64,000 bases of DNA. Origin: an uncultured delta proteobacterium. Lineage in GTDB: Bacteria; Desulfobacterota; Zymogenia; Zymogenales; Zymogenaceae. The notes under the pieces are model-generated. The model was given only the letters and a program-made list of their open reading frames with translations, was not told the DNA's origin and made no database searches. The stretch is from NCBI GenBank assembly GCA_963735595.1, contig CAVTLK010000004.1:448001-512000 (forward strand), read 5' to 3'. Each line of letters starts with the position of its first letter. Position 1 is the first letter of the stretch. Positions 61,202 to 64,000 of this stretch are shown here, one piece after another. A program made the position numbers and the translations under genes.

Positions 61202-61232
61202 AAAAAAGAGGTCTATTCGGCCTCTTTTTTTT
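61202..61232. terminator. bidirectional intrinsic terminator
   Basis: AAAAAAGAGG-TCTATTCGG-CCTCTTTTTTTT. Confidence 0.75.
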
Positions 61233-61377
61233 CGGCTGCATCCCCCGGCGAGGCTGAGGATTGTGACACGCGCTGAAGCCGCCCAGACGGCAATACTCGT
61301 GGTTGGGGGTGCGTTGGCATCGCACGGCAGGCCGTTTCGCCCGGGATTTTTGTTCCGCCGTCGCCTGACGGTAAGCC

Positions 61378-61406
61378 TTGACATGCGCACGGCGACGTCA
61401 TATCAT
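61378..61406 (+). promoter_or_regulatory. sigma-70 promoter
   Basis: TTGACA-N17-TATCAT. Confidence 0.7.
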
Positions 61407-61448
61407 TTAAACTGTACACTATGGGCCGTCCTCATCGGCCCGGGCGGC

Positions 61449-62330
61449 ATGGATATGACCGAGCGAAAAAATATCGGGATCATCGGGGCGGGAAAAGTCG
61501 GCACCGCCGTCGGTGTGCTCCTTGGCCGGGCGGGTTATACGATTGCCTTCGTGCACGATATTGATCCCGCGCGTGCCGATGAGGCGGGCCGCGCGATGGG
61601 CGGTGTTACGCCCGTCCTGGACGCCGCCGCCGTAAGCCGGGACGCGGATATCCTCTTTATCACCACGCCCGACCGGCTCATCGGCAAGGTCGCCGACGAT
61701 ATTGCCGGACGGGGCGGTATCAGGGCGGGCCATATCGTCGTGCATATGAGCGGTTCCCTTACCTCGGACGTTCTGGGATCGGTCCGCGATTACGGGGCCG
61801 CGGCCGCGTCGCTCCATCCCCTTCAAAGCTTCGCCGATTTCACTCAAGCCCTCAAGAATATTCCCGGTTCCGTCTTCTGCCTCGAGGGGGATGAGGATGC
61901 GCTCCCCGAGTTGAGGAAGATGGTCACGATATTCGACGGGGTGGAGATCTCGATACCGAAACAAGATAAGGCCCTCTACCATGCAGGCGCGGTAGTTGCG
62001 TCGAATTATCTTGTTACGCTTTTATGGAGCGCGGTCATGCTCCTGGAGTCGGTCGGCATGAACGACGCGACCGCCCTCAAGGCCCTCATGCCGCTCGTGG
62101 AAGGGACGCTCAGCAACAGCAAGGCGCTGGGAGTTCCCGCGGCCCTCACCGGTCCCATTGCCCGGGGAGACGCCACGACGATCGCGGATCATATAGCGGT
62201 CATGAAAGAAAAACGCCCAGACCTCCTCGAGTTTTATCGGGTCATGGGAAGGCTTACGGTAGATGCGGCAAGAAAGAATAAGAGCGCCCCGGAAAGCCTC
62301 CTGAAACAGATCGAGGAGATCCTCGGGTGA
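61449..62330 (+). CDS. Rossmann-like + DUF2520 oxidoreductase (PanG-like)
   Basis: IGAGKVG, VHMSGS, SLHPLQSF, LYHAGAVVASN and LTGPIARGD motifs. Confidence 0.88.
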   Translation: MDMTERKNIGIIGAGKVGTAVGVLLGRAGYTIAFVHDIDPARADEAGRAMGGVTPVLDAAAVSRDADILFITTPDRLIGKVADDIAGRGGIRAGHIVVHMSGSLTSDVLGSVRDYGAAAASLHPLQSFADFTQALKNIPGSVFCLEGDEDALPELRKMVTIFDGVEISIPKQDKALYHAGAVVASNYLVTLLWSAVMLLESVGMNDATALKALMPLVEGTLSNSKALGVPAALTGPIARGDATTIADHIAVMKEKRPDLLEFYRVMGRLTVDAARKNKSAPESLLKQIEEILG

Positions 62331-62518
62331 ATAGGGCGGCCTGACGCCGATACGCCCCGGGAGGACGGGATCTTACCGAAAGAGAGTCTCGGGTCGGGCA
62401 ATAGCGCCCGACCGGCGCTCGCCATCGGGAATGCAGCGACGCCGGGTAGTCCGGATCTCTTCCCGTAGAGACTAACACAGACGTAACAGAGGCGGGGCAC
62501 CGGTCTCCTATTTTATAT

Positions 62519-64000
62519 ATGCACAGAATTCACAAAAGGCTTCGTATCGGTATAGAGACGATCATCCTTGTCCTTCTGATAGGACTGGTTGCCTTTATCA
62601 TCGCGGTCTCGTCCATCGATCTGGAAAACTATCGAAAACAGATCATCACCACCTTAAATGATTCTTTAGGCGGGGAAGTCCGGCTCGATAGTATCGAATT
62701 CTCGCTTTTCCCGTATTTCGGCGTTAGAGGGCGGAATTTTCATCTCACCGGAGATCGGGACACCCCTGTCGTACGGGCCGATGAAGTGGTCATCGGTGTT
62801 AATTTCCTCCCGCTCTTCGTGGGTAAGGTCGTTCCGAGGAAACTCAGGGTAATTTCCCCCGCGGTTCTCATCACCCTCGAAAAAGATGAACTCCTGATCG
62901 ACAAGATCGTAAAGACCATCAACCGGGCCGCTCCCACGGAGGGCAGTGAAATTACCCTCCGGGAACTGGTGATTCACGACGCTTCATTAAAGGTCACTGA
63001 TACGCGTTTCAGCCCGACAAAAGACTATACAATTTTTCTCACTTACGGCTGGTTCAAAGGGGATCTCAAAAAAGGCCCCCTGAGATATTCCCTCCTGCTG
63101 GTGCCTCCGGGCGGCCGGGGAACAATTAAGTCCAAGGGTCAGACACGGCCCGATGGGGGGCTTTCCGCCCGCGTATCGCTTGATACGGTAAGCCTTGACC
63201 CGGCCAACTTGGTTTTCATTGACTACGGACACGTCTCAATCTCGGGCATGGTGAGCGGCTCCGCCGCACTTACCTACTACGATCCCCATAACATGAGTAC
63301 CGAGGGCCGTATCGTTGGAACGAACCTCCGACTTACCGGAAGCCCCGCGTATCCCGACGGCCTCGCAATAGACCGGATCGACATTTCCGGAGTGCTTTCG
63401 CTAACGCCTGCCGGCGTAGAGATCCGCGACGCCATAATCTCGCGGGGACCCCTCGACGTCCGGGGGGACTTCGCGTATAAACGGGTATTGCATCGAAACG
63501 GCTATTCCCCCGACCTGGCGGTGATCGCGAATATCAGGGGATTTGATCTTTCCAGAGACCTGGCGCTTATCCCCTTCGGGTTCCTGGGGGAGGGGGCGAA
63601 GGGGGATGCGGCAAAGCTCCTTCAAAAAGGAAGAATCGGCGCCCGCGTGGACATCAAGGGCGACCCATCCCTCCTCGGGACAAGGGCCGCCCGATTGGAG
63701 GCGACCGGAAGGCTCACGGGAGGCGCGTTCGACCTGGGCGGTATCGTCGTTTCCGGTGTGAACGCCGACCTTTCGGTCTCGGCCGATGAGATAACGGTCA
63801 AAAACGTTACTTTCTCCGATCCGCCGGGAAAGGTGAAGGAACTCCGCTGGCGGGTCGAAAACACCTACCGGGCACCTTACCTCCGGGACCTCATGGTCAC
63901 CGTGGACGACATGGCCTTCGAGGACGTCAAGGACATCCTGGCCTCGGAAGTGGTTGCCGCCGTTCCCTTCTTGAGCGAGACCGAGGGGACGGGGAGGGTC
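62519..64000 (+). CDS. AsmA family protein (runs off the window end)
   Basis: My translation: MHRIHKRLRIGIETIILVLLIGLVAFIIAVSSIDLENYRKQIITTLNDSLGGEVRLDSIEFSLFP...; absent from the ORF track, consistent with no stop in the window. Confidence 0.75.
   Translation, partial: MHRIHKRLRIGIETIILVLLIGLVAFIIAVSSIDLENYRKQIITTLNDSLGGEVRLDSIEFSLFPYFGVRGRNFHLTGDRDTPVVRADEVVIGVNFLPLFVGKVVPRKLRVISPAVLITLEKDELLIDKIVKTINRAAPTEGSEITLRELVIHDASLKVTDTRFSPTKDYTIFLTYGWFKGDLKKGPLRYSLLLVPPGGRGTIKSKGQTRPDGGLSARVSLDTVSLDPANLVFIDYGHVSISGMVSGSAALTYYDPHNMSTEGRIVGTNLRLTGSPAYPDGLAIDRIDISGVLSLTPAGVEIRDAIISRGPLDVRGDFAYKRVLHRNGYSPDLAVIANIRGFDLSRDLALIPFGFLGEGAKGDAAKLLQKGRIGARVDIKGDPSLLGTRAARLEATGRLTGGAFDLGGIVVSGVNADLSVSADEITVKNVTFSDPPGKVKELRWRVENTYRAPYLRDLMVTVDDMAFEDVKDILASEVVAAVPFLSETEGTGRV

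Overview
GC-rich bacterial chromosome segment. Gene order and content suggest a Desulfobacterota/deltaproteobacterial organism (inference). Most of it is housekeeping: cdsA-dxr-rseP-tsaB; ilvB-ilvC-psd-pssA-leuACDB-asd; ecfT-truA-bioY; radical SAM-rng; CIRCE-groES-groEL; hpt; addBA; asnS; a sigma-54 two-component locus feeding a REC-DUF4388/roadblock pair; and a partial AsmA gene. The standout is a ~5 kb AT-rich island between rng and groES (about 24950-30090). It carries a complete type II CBASS anti-phage operon: Cap4 nuclease-SAVED effector, CdnD-like cyclase, Cap2 E2-E1 and Cap3 JAB. Three features of it look unusual. (1) Two NrdR-box-like operators, 32 bp apart, sit just upstream of its sigma-70 promoter, which hints at coupling of immunity to dNTP status. 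(2) The cyclase ends ...SRWG-K, so its conjugatable Gly is capped. (3) cap2 appears to start at a non-canonical codon overlapping the cyclase tail. Other observations: ilvN is missing; three genes have single-base +1 frameshifts (probably assembly errors); there is a relic URO-D gene fragment, a REP/MITE-like composite repeat, and several candidate structured leaders. All calls come from motif recognition by eye; no searches were run.
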